From Camelus ferus (Eukaryota): DNA of 64,000 bases. Under the pieces are notes generated by a model that made no database searches, was not told the origin of the DNA, and saw nothing but the letters and a program-made list of their open reading frames with translations. Location: the NCBI RefSeq assembly GCF_009834535.1, contig NC_045697.1:91390001-91454000 (forward strand), written 5' to 3'. Made by a program: the position numbers and the translations under genes. Each line of letters begins with the position of its first letter. Within the stretch, counting starts at the first letter, position 1. Shown here piece by piece: positions 12,588 through 26,430 of this stretch.

Positions 12588-13029
12588 CTGCAATTGAAAT
12601 AAACAATCAGTAAATAGTTACTTTCTCTATGGAAAATCTTAGACTAATACAAAGTATAATACGTCATAACTTACAATTATTAAAAATAATCTTATTGTAA
12701 AGGGTCTTGTAGGAGGTCACTTTTTGTGTTCATTTCTCTTTCACTCTTGATACTTTAAAATGTCTGTATTACACTAGAGATATGCATGTCAAATATGACA
12801 TTCCATAGCTCAGTGATATACTTGGAATTCCAAAACATACTTTACAAATGGATGAAAAACATCTAGATAAAAGTTAATCAGAAAATGAGCTAGAACACAA
12901 ACTACATGTGAGCCAGCAAAATGCAGGGCAGGTATTAAAAAGGTGATGATAGATCATAATAAGTCTAATGGGGAAACAACCTTTGAATATTAATTGAAAT
13001 TGATGATACAGACACATGGTTAAAAACAT

Positions 13030-13960
13030 CTCAGAGTACAAAAGAGCAAAGAGCATAAAGTCTTCCCATCTCTGTCCTTCATTCCACAGCCTTCTTTCCA
13101 GATACTACTATTTCCAGCTCCTAAGTATATTTCTTGACATATTCTAAGTGAGAACATATGCATATATTTCCTCACCGCCTTTTCTTTAAAAAATGATAAA
13201 GTACTGGAGATACTTTCCATCTTTTTTTCCTGCTAAACAATCTACCTTAGAAATACTTTCACATTAAATCACTTTATTCCTCTTAACAGCTGCAAAATTT
13301 CCCTTGCATGGATATTCCATAGTTGAACTGTTTCCTGTGGATGGGCATTTAGATGGTTTTTAATCTTTTAAAATTATAGGTGATGCTGCAATTAGTAATT
13401 TTTACATGCATCCTTGCACAGACTTGCCAGGTGCAAATACACCACCTGCAGAATACATTCTTGGAACTGCTGGATCATAGCTTAGGCACATTTCCAATTT
13501 TTGAGAGATATTGCCAGACTGGGCACCAAAGAGGTTGTACCAATTCACATTTACATCATTGATGTGTGAAAGTGCCAGCACAATGTATTATCAAGCTTCA
13601 TGACCTGACAGGTGAAAAATGGTATGTGATTACAGTTTAAATCTGCATTTGTCTTATGGGTGAGGATGAGCTGGGCATTTCTTAAATGTTTAAAAGCCAC
13701 TTGTCTTTTATCCTTTATTCACTCCATTGTACTATAGTACTTTTTTTTTGTTGTTGATTAGTCACTCTTTATATGTGTTTAGGATATTCGCCTTTTGTCT
13801 ATGTGTTGCAAATAATTTTCTCCATTTGTCACTGACTTTATGATTTTTTAATGCAGAAATCTGAAATTTTACATAGTCACATTTATTAAATTCTCATAGT
13901 TTCTAGGTTTTGTGTACTGCAGAGAAAGGCTTCACCACACTGATTTTTTAAAATACCATA
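13030..13960 (-). mobile_element. Ancient L1 (L1M-type) 3' end
   Basis: gatgggcatttagatggttt, ggttgtaccaattcacattt and ttgcaaataattttctcc are reverse-strand L1 ORF2-end/3' UTR motifs. Confidence 0.7.
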
Positions 13961-14789
13961 CTGTCAAAAGAACACAGTGTGGAATTCAACAATTTAGAAT
14001 GATACACTTAGAACATCTAACCACAATCCAAAGATGGAAGAAGAATGTATAGAGAAAGTTAATCAGAAGAGCACACTTCGAGCATGACTGAATGAATACA
14101 GCGCAGGGCTTGTGCTGAACCAGTGACATGATGCTGGCTGGGCTGCATGGGTGAGTGTCACATGTTAGAGACAATACAGACCTCTTAACTTCTTTATTTC
14201 ATTAAATATCAAGCCCTTAGCAGGATACTATTTCTAATAGCAGTTTCCAGTTTTTAGAGTAAAATGGGAAAATTAGAAAAGATTGAGAGAAGGCAAAGAT
14301 AAAGATTTGTAAAAAACTGAATATATGTCTTAAAAAGTTTATGACTTGGACACATTTAAAATAGGACAAAAAAAGTTAACTCCAGGGAATAAACTCCCTA
14401 TGTACGGCGAAAATGCTAAATGATTATTTTCCATCTTCAAATGAGAACAGAATGCAAGGAAAAAGGCTTATGGAGAAATCTGTGAAGTGGTTACTGACAA
14501 AACATTAAAAAAAAAAAGCTACAAAGAGAATGGTGGAATCTCTGCCATTAAGGAGTTTAAATTGCAGGAGAAACGTCAGTGTCAGACTGCTTAGGTTTAA
14601 TTCTGTCAGAAAGGAGACTAGAGACAATTGGTTTATACAATTAAGATTCTGTAACTGTACCCTTCTTGTTAAAGAACTCCAGGTAGTTGATTTTAAGTAG
14701 GTATTATTTTCTTTACCATGTTCCTTAAAAAAGGTAAACTGAAAGCTTTTAAGACTGTGCTATATTAATTTAATTTCTATATATCTAAG

Positions 14790-14990
14790 TATCTACTTAC
14801 ACTTAATGACTATGCTAAGTGCTTTATATGTGTTAATTCCTTTGATCTTTTAATAACTCTATCAGAGAGGTGTTATTATCCTACGTTAAAACATGAAGAA
14901 ACTGAGGCTTAGAGAAGCTGAAATTGCCCAAAGTCACATGGCCACCTAATGGTACCAGGCTATTCGCCTGACATCAAACTGCATCCTCTC
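14790..14990 (-). mobile_element. MIR SINE
   Basis: atgaagaaactgaggcttagagaagctgaaattgcccaaagtcaca. Confidence 0.75.
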
Positions 14991-15790
14991 AAGATACTGC
15001 CTAGTACCTTGGCTCCTGTTACCTTATAATCTCAGTGAATAAATGAATTCTTGAATGATTAATTCAAGATTCCGTCAACTCATAACTTTATGAGAAATTA
15101 AACTTATTTGATAAAACTATAATTACTTTCAAGAGGGAGGGAAATAGAAGGGCAAACTATTATTGGATTTTTGTTAAATGCCATGCCATATTCATACCAG
15201 AAGTAGATTTCAAAAAAAAATATATAAACATTACGAACACAAACTGAATTCAGTGAGTATTTAGGGTTAGTTGTTTTACTATGTATAGAAATGATGTAAT
15301 ACCTAAGAATAATATTAATTTTGATTGAAGCAGTATATTTATAACTAAATATAATTAATAATACAGTAACCTGGTTTTTGTCTGTCTGTCTGCATATCTA
15401 TCTAAACTGTTTCCAGCTTATATTTATAATCACTAAACTGTTCTCCTTTTGTTCCTAACAGGAGAGACTATTGTTCCTACTTTAGAACAAATGGACCATT
15501 TCATTTATATAATGTGTGAGTATTACAGAGTAACTGCCCCTTATTATTTCCTTGATATTATGCATTTTCAACTCTATTTCCCACTGGACAAATTTTATAT
15601 GGTATTTTAGATTTACATGGTCATAACATGTATGAAATGAGGTTAAACCCCTAAGCCAAATAATTTTTTTCCGTTTAAAAACAACAATAAAAAAGTACAA
15701 TTTTAAATATTACATACAAAGCAATGTTATCTACTTCCAAATCTGTCAGTGAACATCTGCCTAGTTCTAGACAGAACACAATTCTAGAGC

Positions 15791-15991
15791 CATGCTGTCC
15801 CACAGAACTTACTGGGATGACAGTTGTTCTGTAACCACGTGTCCAGTATGACAGCCATGGCTCCACGTGGCTTTTGAGGACCTGAAATCTGGCTAGTGTG
15901 GCTGAGGATATCAGCTTTACTTTTATTTGATTTTAATTAACTTAAATTTAAGCAGCGGCCTGGGCTAGTGGCTATCACATTGGACACGGCA
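15791..15991 (+). mobile_element. MER3-like hAT-Charlie DNA transposon
   Basis: tgctgtcc...gaaatctggctagtgtggctgagg...ttaattaacttaaatttaa...gctagtggctatcacattggacacggcag, with imperfect terminal inverted repeats. Confidence 0.8.
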
Positions 15992-16186
15992 GCAGGAGAC
16001 TGCTGTTTATTTCTGTTTCTAAAGTTTACTTTTTTCAACTGCAAATATTAAAGAGACTAATTTTAAATAGTTTAATTAAATAAAAATAAAACCACCAGTT
16101 CTTTGGGAACTTTTGAAGAATTTTTCTTCTCTTTGATCTAGTCAGACTATTTACTATTTTCCAGGGATAATGAGGAGGCTCCCTAC

Positions 16187-16282
16187 CTGCTGGGAGGCTG
16201 AAGCAGCTCTCTGTTCCGCCTCACTTAGTCGCCTCTGAAGCCTGTTGGATTTTTCTTGATGCTCTAGAATTAACTTTTCATT
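16187..16282 (-). CDS. SCLT1: SCLT1 penultimate coding exon (NEKLILEHQEKSNRLQRRLSEAEQRAASASQQ)
   Basis: ccccttaatag|AATGAA ... CAGCAG|gtaggg; 96 nt, phase 0/0, open, coiled-coil-like. Confidence 0.93.
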
Positions 16283-16574
16283 CTATTAAGGGGAATATAA
16301 AACAAAGAAGTTATAAATCCATATGTGGCATGGAGACTTTTATGGAATAATCAATGAAATATCTGGACATCATTTTACCACTTATAAAAGGCAAAGATAA
16401 TATATCTCCAAATTCACATTTTTCAAGTTATGAACTTCAAAGTTCAAAGTTGGTTTCACATTGACTAAATTGTTTTGTTTTTCCCCTATGTACCACCAAA
16501 GAAAATTAATTAAATCCAAAAGCAAACAAAGCCTGAGGTTAAGAACAAGACTTTCAGTTTGTGATGTTAACCTT

Positions 16575-16735
16575 GAGATGCCAGATCACTACTTTGGAAT
16601 CAGCTGGAGAGTGTGAGAATGCAGACCTGGGCCTCACCACCAGAGCATAGGTAGGGGTGGGGTGAATCTGGAGAACCTGCACTTCTGTCAAGTTCTTAGG
16701 TGGTGCTCAGTTTGCTAAGGCATTTAGAGCCACTG
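16575..16735. mobile_element. MER5-like hAT-Charlie DNA transposon
   Basis: ggaatcagctggagag...aatgcagacctgggcctcacc...aacctgcacttct..caagttc...tttagagccactg. Confidence 0.65.
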
Positions 16736-16961
16736 TGCCAGGACAAACTCAGGGAAATTGTGACACAGTATACACATTATTAAAGTTCAAGGAACATAAA
16801 ATACTCATTCTAGAAATCCTGAGTTTTACAGAGTGAGACTTGTTTTAAATGATTATATAATAAAGATATTATTTAAAAGAGGAAGAAATCTGTTTCTACA
16901 TGTTTCCCAATACATCTGTAGACTCCAGAGGGTATTAGAGTCAACAGAGTTATTAAAGCAT

Positions 16962-17396
16962 TGTCATGGGTTGCATTATGTCCCTAAAAAAAGATGCTGA
17001 AGTCCTAACCCCTAGTACCTATGAATGCAACCTTATTTGGAAATAGGGTCTTTTCTGATGGTTACATTAAGATGAAGTCATTAGGGTGAGCCCTAATCGA
17101 ATATGACTGGTGTCTTCACACAAAGGGGAAATTTGGACAGAGTCAGACATGTACAAAGGGAAGAACACATGAAGACACAGGAAGAACACTCTGTACAAGA
17201 CAAGGAACACCTGAAGCTCCCAGAAACTAAGAGGGAGGCATGGAATAGACTCTCCCTCAAAGCCCTCAGAAGGAACCAATCCTGCTGTCTTCTTGATTTT
17301 GGACTTCTGACTCCCAGAACTATGAGACAACAAATTTCTGTTGGTTAAGCCACCCCAGTCTGTATGACTTTGTCATAGCAATCTCAGGAAACTGTA
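16962..17396 (+). mobile_element. MaLR solo LTR (MLT1C-like)
   Basis: Starts tgtcatgggttgcattatgtccc, contains ccttatttggaaatagggtc, ends aggaaactgta; flanked by agcat/ggcat (5-bp TSD, one mismatch). Confidence 0.88.
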
Positions 17397-18754
17397 GGCA
17401 TCATAAATACAAACATCACAACATGAAAACAAGTTCAAAGATTCTATCAATTAAAACATATATTGGCCTTCTCCACAGTTAGTAGCCTAAAAAAAAGTTT
17501 TTGTACATCCAGAATTGTTACACAGTTTTCTGAATTAGACAGTTCCCATGCCCTTACATACAAGTGGTAAGAGTGAATGTCATGCCTAGTAGTACAAAAT
17601 ATTGAAGTAACAGTATCCTGTTAAAATATGCATGTCATTCTATTTCTTATTGTGACCCAATTTAAGCAAAATTAAATTGTATGAAGAGAACTACATTGTC
17701 TGTTCCAGTTTACTAAGACATTTAAATGTGCAGTCTTAAATTCTTTAACTTAAATCATTAACACTAGAGAAAACCTGGGGAAAAAAATGCTATCATCTAT
17801 AATAATCATTTTCACAGTTACAATCACACCACACATAATGAGCATTTTTCTATGCTGCTACCATAATGGTTAAGGCATACTCCAGATCAGATAAATCATA
17901 GTATGTGCAACTGTTCTTTTTCAATTGATATTTTAGTTGCTTTTGATCTTCCAAAATAATTAACATTACTGTGTTGAATATCTTCCTTTAAAATTTTTCA
18001 TATTTTAAATTATTTCCTTAGAACAGATTCCTGGAAGTGGGAGTTACATCAAAGAGTATTTTAATGGCTATTATTTAATTGTTCCCTAATGGCTCATATC
18101 AATTCATAACGCTATAACACTGAAGAGTCATGGATCCTATAGAAGGCCACAGAGAGCTGGTGGACCAAATAGCCTATTAATTACATTCCAACAAATACAT
18201 TCAAAGTTAGAACATTAAACAAAGAATCAGAGTTCTAGAAAGTTCTAATCTTAATCTAGAAATTGTTTAACTTTTTTTTTCTTCAAAAAAGAAAAAAAAA
18301 ATGATGAACCCTTGTCATACTCACTTCTAAAGCATTAACCTGAAGGAGTATTTCAATATATTCCAAGTAGGCAAAAGTATTTCCTACATGTCTTTGGTGA
18401 TGGATTAAAACAAAATAAGAGGAATTGGGTTAAAAAAACAATCTTAGACATGCACAGAGGTAAAAGTGAAGAGGATCCTAACAACTCAGAAACAGCACAA
18501 GTTATATGGTAAAACTAACATAAGAGCTTTATCTTTTGTCATTTTTATATGATGAATCACTGACTTTCAAAGCTTTTATTCACATTATAATATGTGTGGA
18601 CTTTTAGGGTTATGAATGATTTCTACAAGAAATAGTCACATCCTTATGGTCATTTCCAAATAGAGAATTAATTTGGACTTGGCTCAGGTAAAATTCTATA
18701 ACCTGTGTATCAAGCTGCAGCAGAAAGTACTTCCCAGGAGAGTCATTATCTTAC

Positions 18755-18833
18755 CTCAACTACCTTTTCATTTGCCATTTCCAGCTGAGAAAGCAGCTCT
18801 TGGGTATGAAGTTTCTGTCGACTCAGCTCACTC
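18755..18833 (-). CDS. SCLT1: SCLT1 coding exon ((K)SELSRQKLHTQELLSQLEMANEKVVE)
   Basis: tgattaacag|GAGTGAG ... GTTGAG|gtaaga; 79 nt; the first G completes AA|G (Lys) from the upstream exon, so phases agree across the 40.7 kb intron. Confidence 0.93.
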
Positions 18834-19039
18834 CTGTTAATCAAGAGAGAGGGGGAAAAAAAGAAAAGAAAAAAAGCCATTAGAATACAACTGTTCAAAA
18901 ATCTAAGAAAACAGAATCTTTATTAGTGAGATACCTGTCCATGTTTTGAACAAAATTACCCTGTGTGCAAAATAAAAGCTGCTTATTAATAGACCATATC
19001 TTAAACGACGTATTCATTTTCTTTATAAAATACACATAT

Positions 19040-19200
19040 ACTCTGAAGATTTGTTGTACAACAGTGTGAATACACTTAGCACTACTGAACCATACACATA
19101 AAAATGATTAAGATAGTGAGTTTTATATGTATTTTATCACAATTTAATAATTGCTAAATCTGTACATTTTATGTTACATGTATTTTACCACAATAAAAAA
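19040..19200 (+). mobile_element. Old L1 3' tail fragment with a doubled terminal motif
   Basis: actactgaaccatacacataaaaatgattaagatagtg...tattttatcacaat, then again tattttaccacaataaaaaa. Confidence 0.7.
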
Positions 19201-20639
19201 AGCAAACCGCCCCCCTCCTCCATACACATATTTTTTAAAGTGCCAAAGTGTCTTTAACAATATTATCTTGAGGTATTATTTGGCATTAAAATGAAAGTAT
19301 ATTCATATTAAACAGATACAATGTTTATTTTTAAGATTCATATATAGTGCTTCTTAGAGGGGCTCAATTCCTGGAAACTCAAGCTCATATTAATCACTCC
19401 AACACCATTTCATAGTAGTATATTCAGGATTAAAATTTATGTTGTGATTGTACATATGCTATATTTTATGCATTCATATCCTTTATGCTTTGTTAGCTGG
19501 AATTATCTTATGTACAGAATTGTTGTCTTTTTCTGTTGCTGTTGTTCAACATCTAAGCATTATACTGCTTTTGGCCAAAGGTAATTTCAAGAGTCCCAGG
19601 TTAGAAATAGATACAATGTAGTCTTTAAAATAACTTTTAAAAAAAGATCAAATCAACTTCTGAGTATTAAAATAGTTAATTCAGGATTGGTTTTTATCTT
19701 TTGATCTAACTTCTAAAACAAATCAATACACTGACATTTCCAAAACAACCTCAGCTTTGATTTTTTTTCCAAGTGAGCCTAAAAACTTGGTAAGTCCATC
19801 TAGTGTCTTATATTTGAATGGGTAGCTGTTAACACCAGCAAGCAATTTTTAATAAATACATACAAGAGAACAAAAGATAACGTCATCCACAAATCAATTA
19901 CACAAATATTTACTGAACACTCTTTATGGCCAAGTGCAAGGCATGTGGTGGTAAACATACAGTTGTTGCCATAACAGAACTTACAAACTAAGAGGGAAAT
20001 GACTTATTCTTACTCAGTGGCTTTATCAATACAGGTCACTGATGATGAAGAGCTTGAGTATCACTGATTCTGTGGCAGAAAAACTCAAACATTTTATCTT
20101 AGCTTTATTTTGGTGGTAATAATAATGCGGAATAAATTACTGTGCTTAAAGTATCTTGTGTAGGTTAAAATTACGGCTGGCTCCTCAATACAACAAAACA
20201 AAACAAAGAAAAGCAAAATGACTAATGTGGCCAGTCTTCTAGGTTAAATGTAAAGGTAAAAGATATGCACCTAAGTCCTGATGAGAAATAACTTTTGAGT
20301 CCTACAGAGATGAAGATGATACAATGATCATATTTATAAAGTGAGCCATCACCCAGTGCATACGATACCTTTTTCAGAAAACACCTACTGCATAATTTGA
20401 TGCCTAAACTGTTCACTTACCCATGGTAACTTATCTGAATGGTAGTAATAATTTCTAATAATTATTATCAGATAGTAATAATTTTCCACAAAATTTAAGA
20501 TCGCAAAGATACAAAGTTACTTTTTATCTGTGTAAATATTTATTCTATTGTGTATCAAGCGCTGTCACCCCCCTTGGATAGTGAGCAACACTGCTATTCA
20601 TCATCGTGACAGTGAAGGTGACGGTGATGGTGGTGGTAA

Positions 20640-20890
20640 CAGCAAATGCCCCCACATTGCTCACTCTGTGCCCAGCACTGTTCTAGGTGCTTTTCATAAG
20701 TTAACTTACTTAGTTTTCATGATAACCCTGAGATTCCTATTTTTACATATGAGAAAATTAAAAGACAGAGGAATTTACAAATAAAGTTAAGCAACTTGCC
20801 TAGAGTCACACAGCTAGTCAGTTGTAGTCAGGATTGAAAAGCGGGCCCTTTGGTTCCAAAGTCTGTGCTCTTAACATCCCCACTGTACTG
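20640..20890 (-). mobile_element. MIR SINE
   Basis: ctctgtgcccagcactgttctaggtgcttt...gttaagcaacttgcctagagtcacacagctagt. Confidence 0.8.
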
Positions 20891-22259
20891 TGCACCATGG
20901 TAGGCGACTGGGCAATGCTAAATGTTTGTTAGATGAGTAAGTGAAAGAGAATGTATGTGTGAATGTGTGTATTAGGCATTCTAGGAATATAAATATTTAC
21001 ACATTTGCTTGGAAACCTGACAAGTTATATCTTTATTTCTGACTCTTTCCCTAAAGGTTGGCTCCTATATTCAAATTTAACATGACTAACTTCAAACTTT
21101 TTGCATAGCTTTGCAAACCTATTCCTCATCCTCCTGCTCAGTTTTTACACTGATGACACTTCTGCCCTCGCTGCCTAGGTTAAAAACCTTGAAGTCAACT
21201 CTATTTCTCACTTTTTTCTTGAATGTTTTCCCCTAAATACATTCTTCCTTTGCAGTGTTTCTTGCATCTACTCTTCATTTCTACTCAGTGTTACCATCAC
21301 AACTCCAGTTCTTATAACTTAATTTTTAGATTTACTGCAGTAGTCAACTGCTCAGGCTTCTCAACATCAAGTGAAAAAATGTATGTAAAGCATCCATCAG
21401 CGCACATAGAAATGCTCAATTAATATAGTAGTTTTCCTTAACTTACACATCACTAGCATATTACTTTCTCTAAAGCACCACTTTAACAATTTGCTTCCTT
21501 GAGCAATAATTTCCAACGGCTCTCTGCTATTGGGCAAAATAGTACAAATTCCTGAGACTGGCATTCAAAATCTTCCAAAGTTTTGGGTAATTTATCTTTC
21601 ATACCCTGTCTGCAATAGGAGCCTTCCACTTCAGTGAGACTCTCACTGTCTTGCCAACAAATCATGTATGTGTCAACTTTAGGCTAATGTTTCTGTCATT
21701 TTTCTGGAAGTACAATGGAAACTTTTAGAAGGGGGATTGTTTTTAGTTTCCACAGTATATACCACAGAGCTTTACACACAGGGATTCAATAACCATTTGG
21801 AGATTTATGGCTAAAGTTCTATAGGAAACCTAGTAGTTAGAAAATTTTATTACTTATGTGATCAACAAACAGTTATTGAGGAATCTACCACAAAACATAC
21901 TTTAGATAAAGATTATTTTTATTTATTTAGATTTATGTATAGTCTACTTCTTTCTCCAAAGGATTTGAAGTGGCTAAGAAAAGGTTATTTTTCAGTTAAG
22001 CATTTCCTTCGATTTCACTTCTGAATGAAGTTTATAAGGTATTAAAGGGTGGAAAGAAAAGTGATTTCACCAGCTTTATCCCCTGAGACTTTCCTGGAGC
22101 CTGCCTGTCAGTTCTTTGCAAGTCCTTATTTCCCTGTCAGGATATTTCATTGCAGGGATAAAGGAAAGACCCAGGAGGATGATCCAACTCTGTATTATCT
22201 CTGAGAAAATGTCTCTTCATTAGAGAACATAATTGAGAGTTCCCTATATCATTAGTGAA

Positions 22260-22450
22260 TTAGGATAAACATAAAGTAAGACTTTCCAGAAAGTTTCTCA
22301 GTGGTATTACACTTCAAACACTTGCCAAGTAAAGCTATGTAATCTCTTCACTGGAAATCTTTAAAAACAGAAACATTCTTACCTATCAGGGATGATTTAA
22401 GTGTAGCCTGCCAGAAGGTACAGAGATAGAGGACATTTCCAGTTTCTATA
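22260..22450 (+). mobile_element. CR1/L3-like 3' tail fragment
   Basis: ctatgtaatctcttcactggaaatctttaaaaacag...tttccagtttctatatga. Confidence 0.5.
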
Positions 22451-22907
22451 TGACATTATGGCACTTAAAGAGTACTCTACACTAATTAAAGAATTTAAAT
22501 GAAACTATATCCAACCTCTCTATAGTTTCTAGCATATGTAATATGTTATATGTTATAAAGTTTAAGGTAAAATGATCTTCTACCAATTTTAATAGAAGAA
22601 TGAGGAATTCCTTATAATATCCCTGAGGATTGTTTAGCCCATCAGCGTCCTAAATCTTTTTTAGTTCACTTATATAACTCATGTATGTGTGTGACAGAAA
22701 ATCCTAGACATGCCTACAAAATATAATTTAAAAATTTAGTTGTAAAATATAATTGATTTACTATCTTCTATGTAAGTAAGATTTTACAAAAATAATTTGT
22801 AGACAAAGTAACTAATGCTGTCTCTATTAAGAAAATATTGGAATCAACACTGGGAAGTCAACCAATCCTTCAGCTGGAGATGGAAGTAGGGGAAGGGGAG
22901 CACCTAT

Positions 22908-23072
22908 GGCAAGGGCTCCTCCTCTGTGGTCCACGGATGGGCTCAGGTATGTTCACCAACACCCTGAACTATATGTAAGATCTTCTGTGTTTCCCTTGTC
23001 TAGGAAGAAGGTCCACAGATTTCCTCAGATTTTTTTAAGACGTCTGAGGCCTAAGGAAGGTTAAGGACTTTG
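22908..23072. mobile_element. MER103-like hAT-Charlie DNA transposon
   Basis: ggtccacggatgggctcagg...gaaggtccacagatttcctcagatt...aaggttaaggac. Confidence 0.6.
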
Positions 23073-24099
23073 GGCTTTTTGCCTGGGATATACAATGATT
23101 TTTTTTTTTTTTTAAGTATGAGCACATTGATTGGAGTGGTTCAGTGCTGAATATCTTTCTTACACAAACCACATCCATAATGTATCATCTACAATTGTTT
23201 CCACTTTTGGCTTCGTTAAGGTAGTATAAGAATTTAAAGGTAACTGGCAAGCAACTCAAATACAGGGTTATTCTAGATTTTTACAATATTCCCTCTATTC
23301 TTTCATAGTTGCTTGTTCAGACTTAATTCAACAGCGAATTCTCCAAAGTATACAACTCAGTTTAAAAAGAAACAGTAACTTTCTCTTCTTTGTACTTACA
23401 CATCACTGGTTTATTTAATTAAGTTATATATTTCCAAAACAAGTATAACTGGCATAACGTGGCTTGGGAACAATCACACTGATGCTGTAAAACAAGGGAC
23501 AGAGGACACTAGTGTGAAGCAGACTAGGTAAGGGTGTGTGGAATGCCTCGGGCAATGGTCAGCACCATTGCACAGAAACTTCACTGGTTAATGTGGTCCA
23601 CGATTAAGTGGACATCAGCCAAGAGGGTTTTCCACTGTACCTGAACATGAACACTATATCTTATCATTTCTTCAATGTTGCAAAGTAGTTATTATTCTCA
23701 TCTTCTAGGTAAAGGAATTCAAACTCAGAAAAATTATTTAATGTTGCTAAGGTCATGCAGTGATTGAATGAAAAAATTGAGTTCATACCCAGCCTTTTAA
23801 TCAAAATGTTCTCTCAACTAAATCACATTGCCTCTCACCTTAAGCCCAATCAATTACAGGTGATGATAGTAAAGCATACCTGTGGCATTATATAACATCA
23901 AGGGCTAAAAGGCAGAATGAAGATTCTCTGGGAAAAAAAAAACCTTAATCCTCAGTATGCGGCAAAATGGTCAGTAATTGCAAAGATTGTGATCTCAACT
24001 TTGTGTACAGCTTCAAAAGACCTCTACTAAAAAAGAAAATTCATCTTAAGGTTTTAAATCTCATTCAGTTAACTAAAATCACAAGTTACAGCAGACATA

Positions 24100-25120
24100 T
24101 TAGAGCACCTTGGGCACAGTCCCAGGTTCCCTCTTTCCCTACCTGCACAGTCCCCCTAGGTGATCTTCATTTAGGCCATGAGTGTAAAGGAACACCAATG
24201 AGCACCTCAAATGCAACCTGCCCCAAGTGGCAACTACTCCTTCTCTATACCTTCCCACGTACCCTCCTTCCCAGTAAATGGCGTCATCACCATGTTTCCA
24301 GATGCTCAAGGCAAAGCTTATGTGTCATCTGATTCCTGCCATTTCCTCATCCCCTATATTCAACTTATTAGTAATTTCTGCCCTACCTCCTGAATATATT
24401 TCATAACTGCCCATTTCTCTCCATCTTCACTGACAATCCTCTGTCCTAAGGCACCATCACCTACTGTCTAGAATTCTGTCGTACTCTAACATCTGGTTTC
24501 CCTGACTCCATATTTGCCCCTTCTCCAGTCTATTTTCTGCACAATAGCCAAAGTGGTCTTTTAAAGACCTAAGAATGTTAAAAATTCTCCAGTGATTTCC
24601 TACTGCTGCACTTTGGACTTAAATATTTTAACTTAAAATAGTCTTACTTAAAAATCTGACTTTAAGTAAAGATAGCTTACTTAAAATAGCCTACAAGATT
24701 TTCATGGCCCGAGCCATGCCTAGTTCCTCAGCCTGACAGCTTTCTCTCTCCTCACGCACTGTATTTCAATTACACGGGTCTGCTCCGTAACACTGGACTT
24801 TGTACTTGCTGTTCTTCTCTCTGCCTGGAATGTTTTCCTGGCTTTTTCATAGAGCTGGTTTCTATCATTCAGGTCTCAGCTTAAATCTCACCTTTTCTGA
24901 CTACTTTTTAAAAACTAGTCAAGCCCTTTCAGCTGTCACCCCATACAAGTTACTATCGTATCATCTCATTGCTTTTCTTCAAGCCATTTGAAACATCTAG
25001 AATTATCCTGTTTGTTAGGTTACCTTCTTATTATTTCTCACCCCACACTGGAATAAAAGCTCTAAAAGAGAAGCTACATTCACAAGGCTTAGAACAGTAC
25101 CTGGTACACATAAGGTGGTT
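24100..25120 (+). mobile_element. L2 LINE
   Basis: acaatagccaaagtggtctttt, ctctgcctggaatg, tcattcaggtctcagcttaaat and tagaacagtacctggtacacataag are L2 3' motifs. Confidence 0.75.
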
Positions 25121-25489
25121 TTTAGCCTACACAAATTTATTTAATTCTGCAAAATCTGTTAACTATTCCACTCCATAATAACATTTCTAATATCCTATAT
25201 GTTGCTTTTTCTAAGTTTTTACTACAAACTTGCTATCATATCACAACTAATTAGATAATTTGGTGATTACATTTTTAAAATAGCCATCAAGTGGTATAAT
25301 AAATCTGGGAGACTATTGCCACAAAAATCAATGTGCTATAGAGCTTTACTTATAGAAATCATTCATAGAAAGCTTACTTCAGGTTACTGGAAGAAAGAAC
25401 TCAAACATTCAAAATAATGCATGAATTTTCCTCACAACATCTAATTTTAAGTGCTGGTCTTAGGGTAAGACTGAAGGAATCACAAAGTT

Positions 25490-26430
25490 CACTCATTCAG
25501 TGAACACTGAAGTGAAAGCCTGTTACAGTTCACATACTTGCTAGGTTCTGGGTAGACGAAGAAGAAAAAGATCCAGTCACCTCCACAGTGAAACTTATGA
25601 ACTACTAGAAATACTGAAAAGCTACGAGGTTTATAATATAGGTAGTAAATGCTATACAAAGTTCACAGTGCTACGGGAACCACATGGAGGATTAGGGGAT
25701 TAGAGCTATCTCTCCAGAGGAAGTAGGCTTTTAAGCTGATATATGAAAGATAAATAGAAGTTAGATGGACAAAAGCAGGGTAACGAAAAGAAAAGTGTTA
25801 CAATCAAATCCATGTGTGAAGACCAGGAAATAAGAAGGGATAATAAATTTAGGAAACTGAAAGAATCTCAGTATGAATGGGACATAGCATATTTACTAGG
25901 AGGTGGGAGTTGGGGTGAGACAAGCTGGAAACACAAAGAAATATTGATTGGATTTTACATGTACAAGGTAATATAGGGAAATATAGGGATCTTTTATGTC
26001 TTCATAGGAAGTTCAGACATTACCATCAGTACTGGGGAGGCAATGAAGTATTTTAAGGAGAAGTGGCATGATTAGATTTGAATATCAGAAAGTCTTGCTG
26101 ATTACAGCAGGAAAAATAGTAAGTAAACAAGACTATAGTAATTAGGGGATTACCGCAGTAATCCAGGTGAGCAATACTGATAGCCTAAACTACTGGAAGG
26201 AAATGGGCAGATTCAAGAGTTACTCAGGAGGTAGAATTTAGTAATACTGGATTTATGGGTATGAGGAGAAGGCAGAGTTCAGGATGACATATGGAGCTTA
26301 AGCAACTGGGTAGATATTACTACACATGAAAATGGAAAACACAGGGTGAAATAAAGACATAGGCTGGGTGTGATATGATGAGTTCAGTTTTGAATATACT
26401 GAGTTTGAAGTTCTATGGAAATGTTCAGGA
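25490..26430 (-). mobile_element. L2 LINE
   Basis: cactcattcagtgaacac start; gcagtaatccaggtgag; gatgagttcagttttgaatatactgagtttgaag. Confidence 0.75.
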
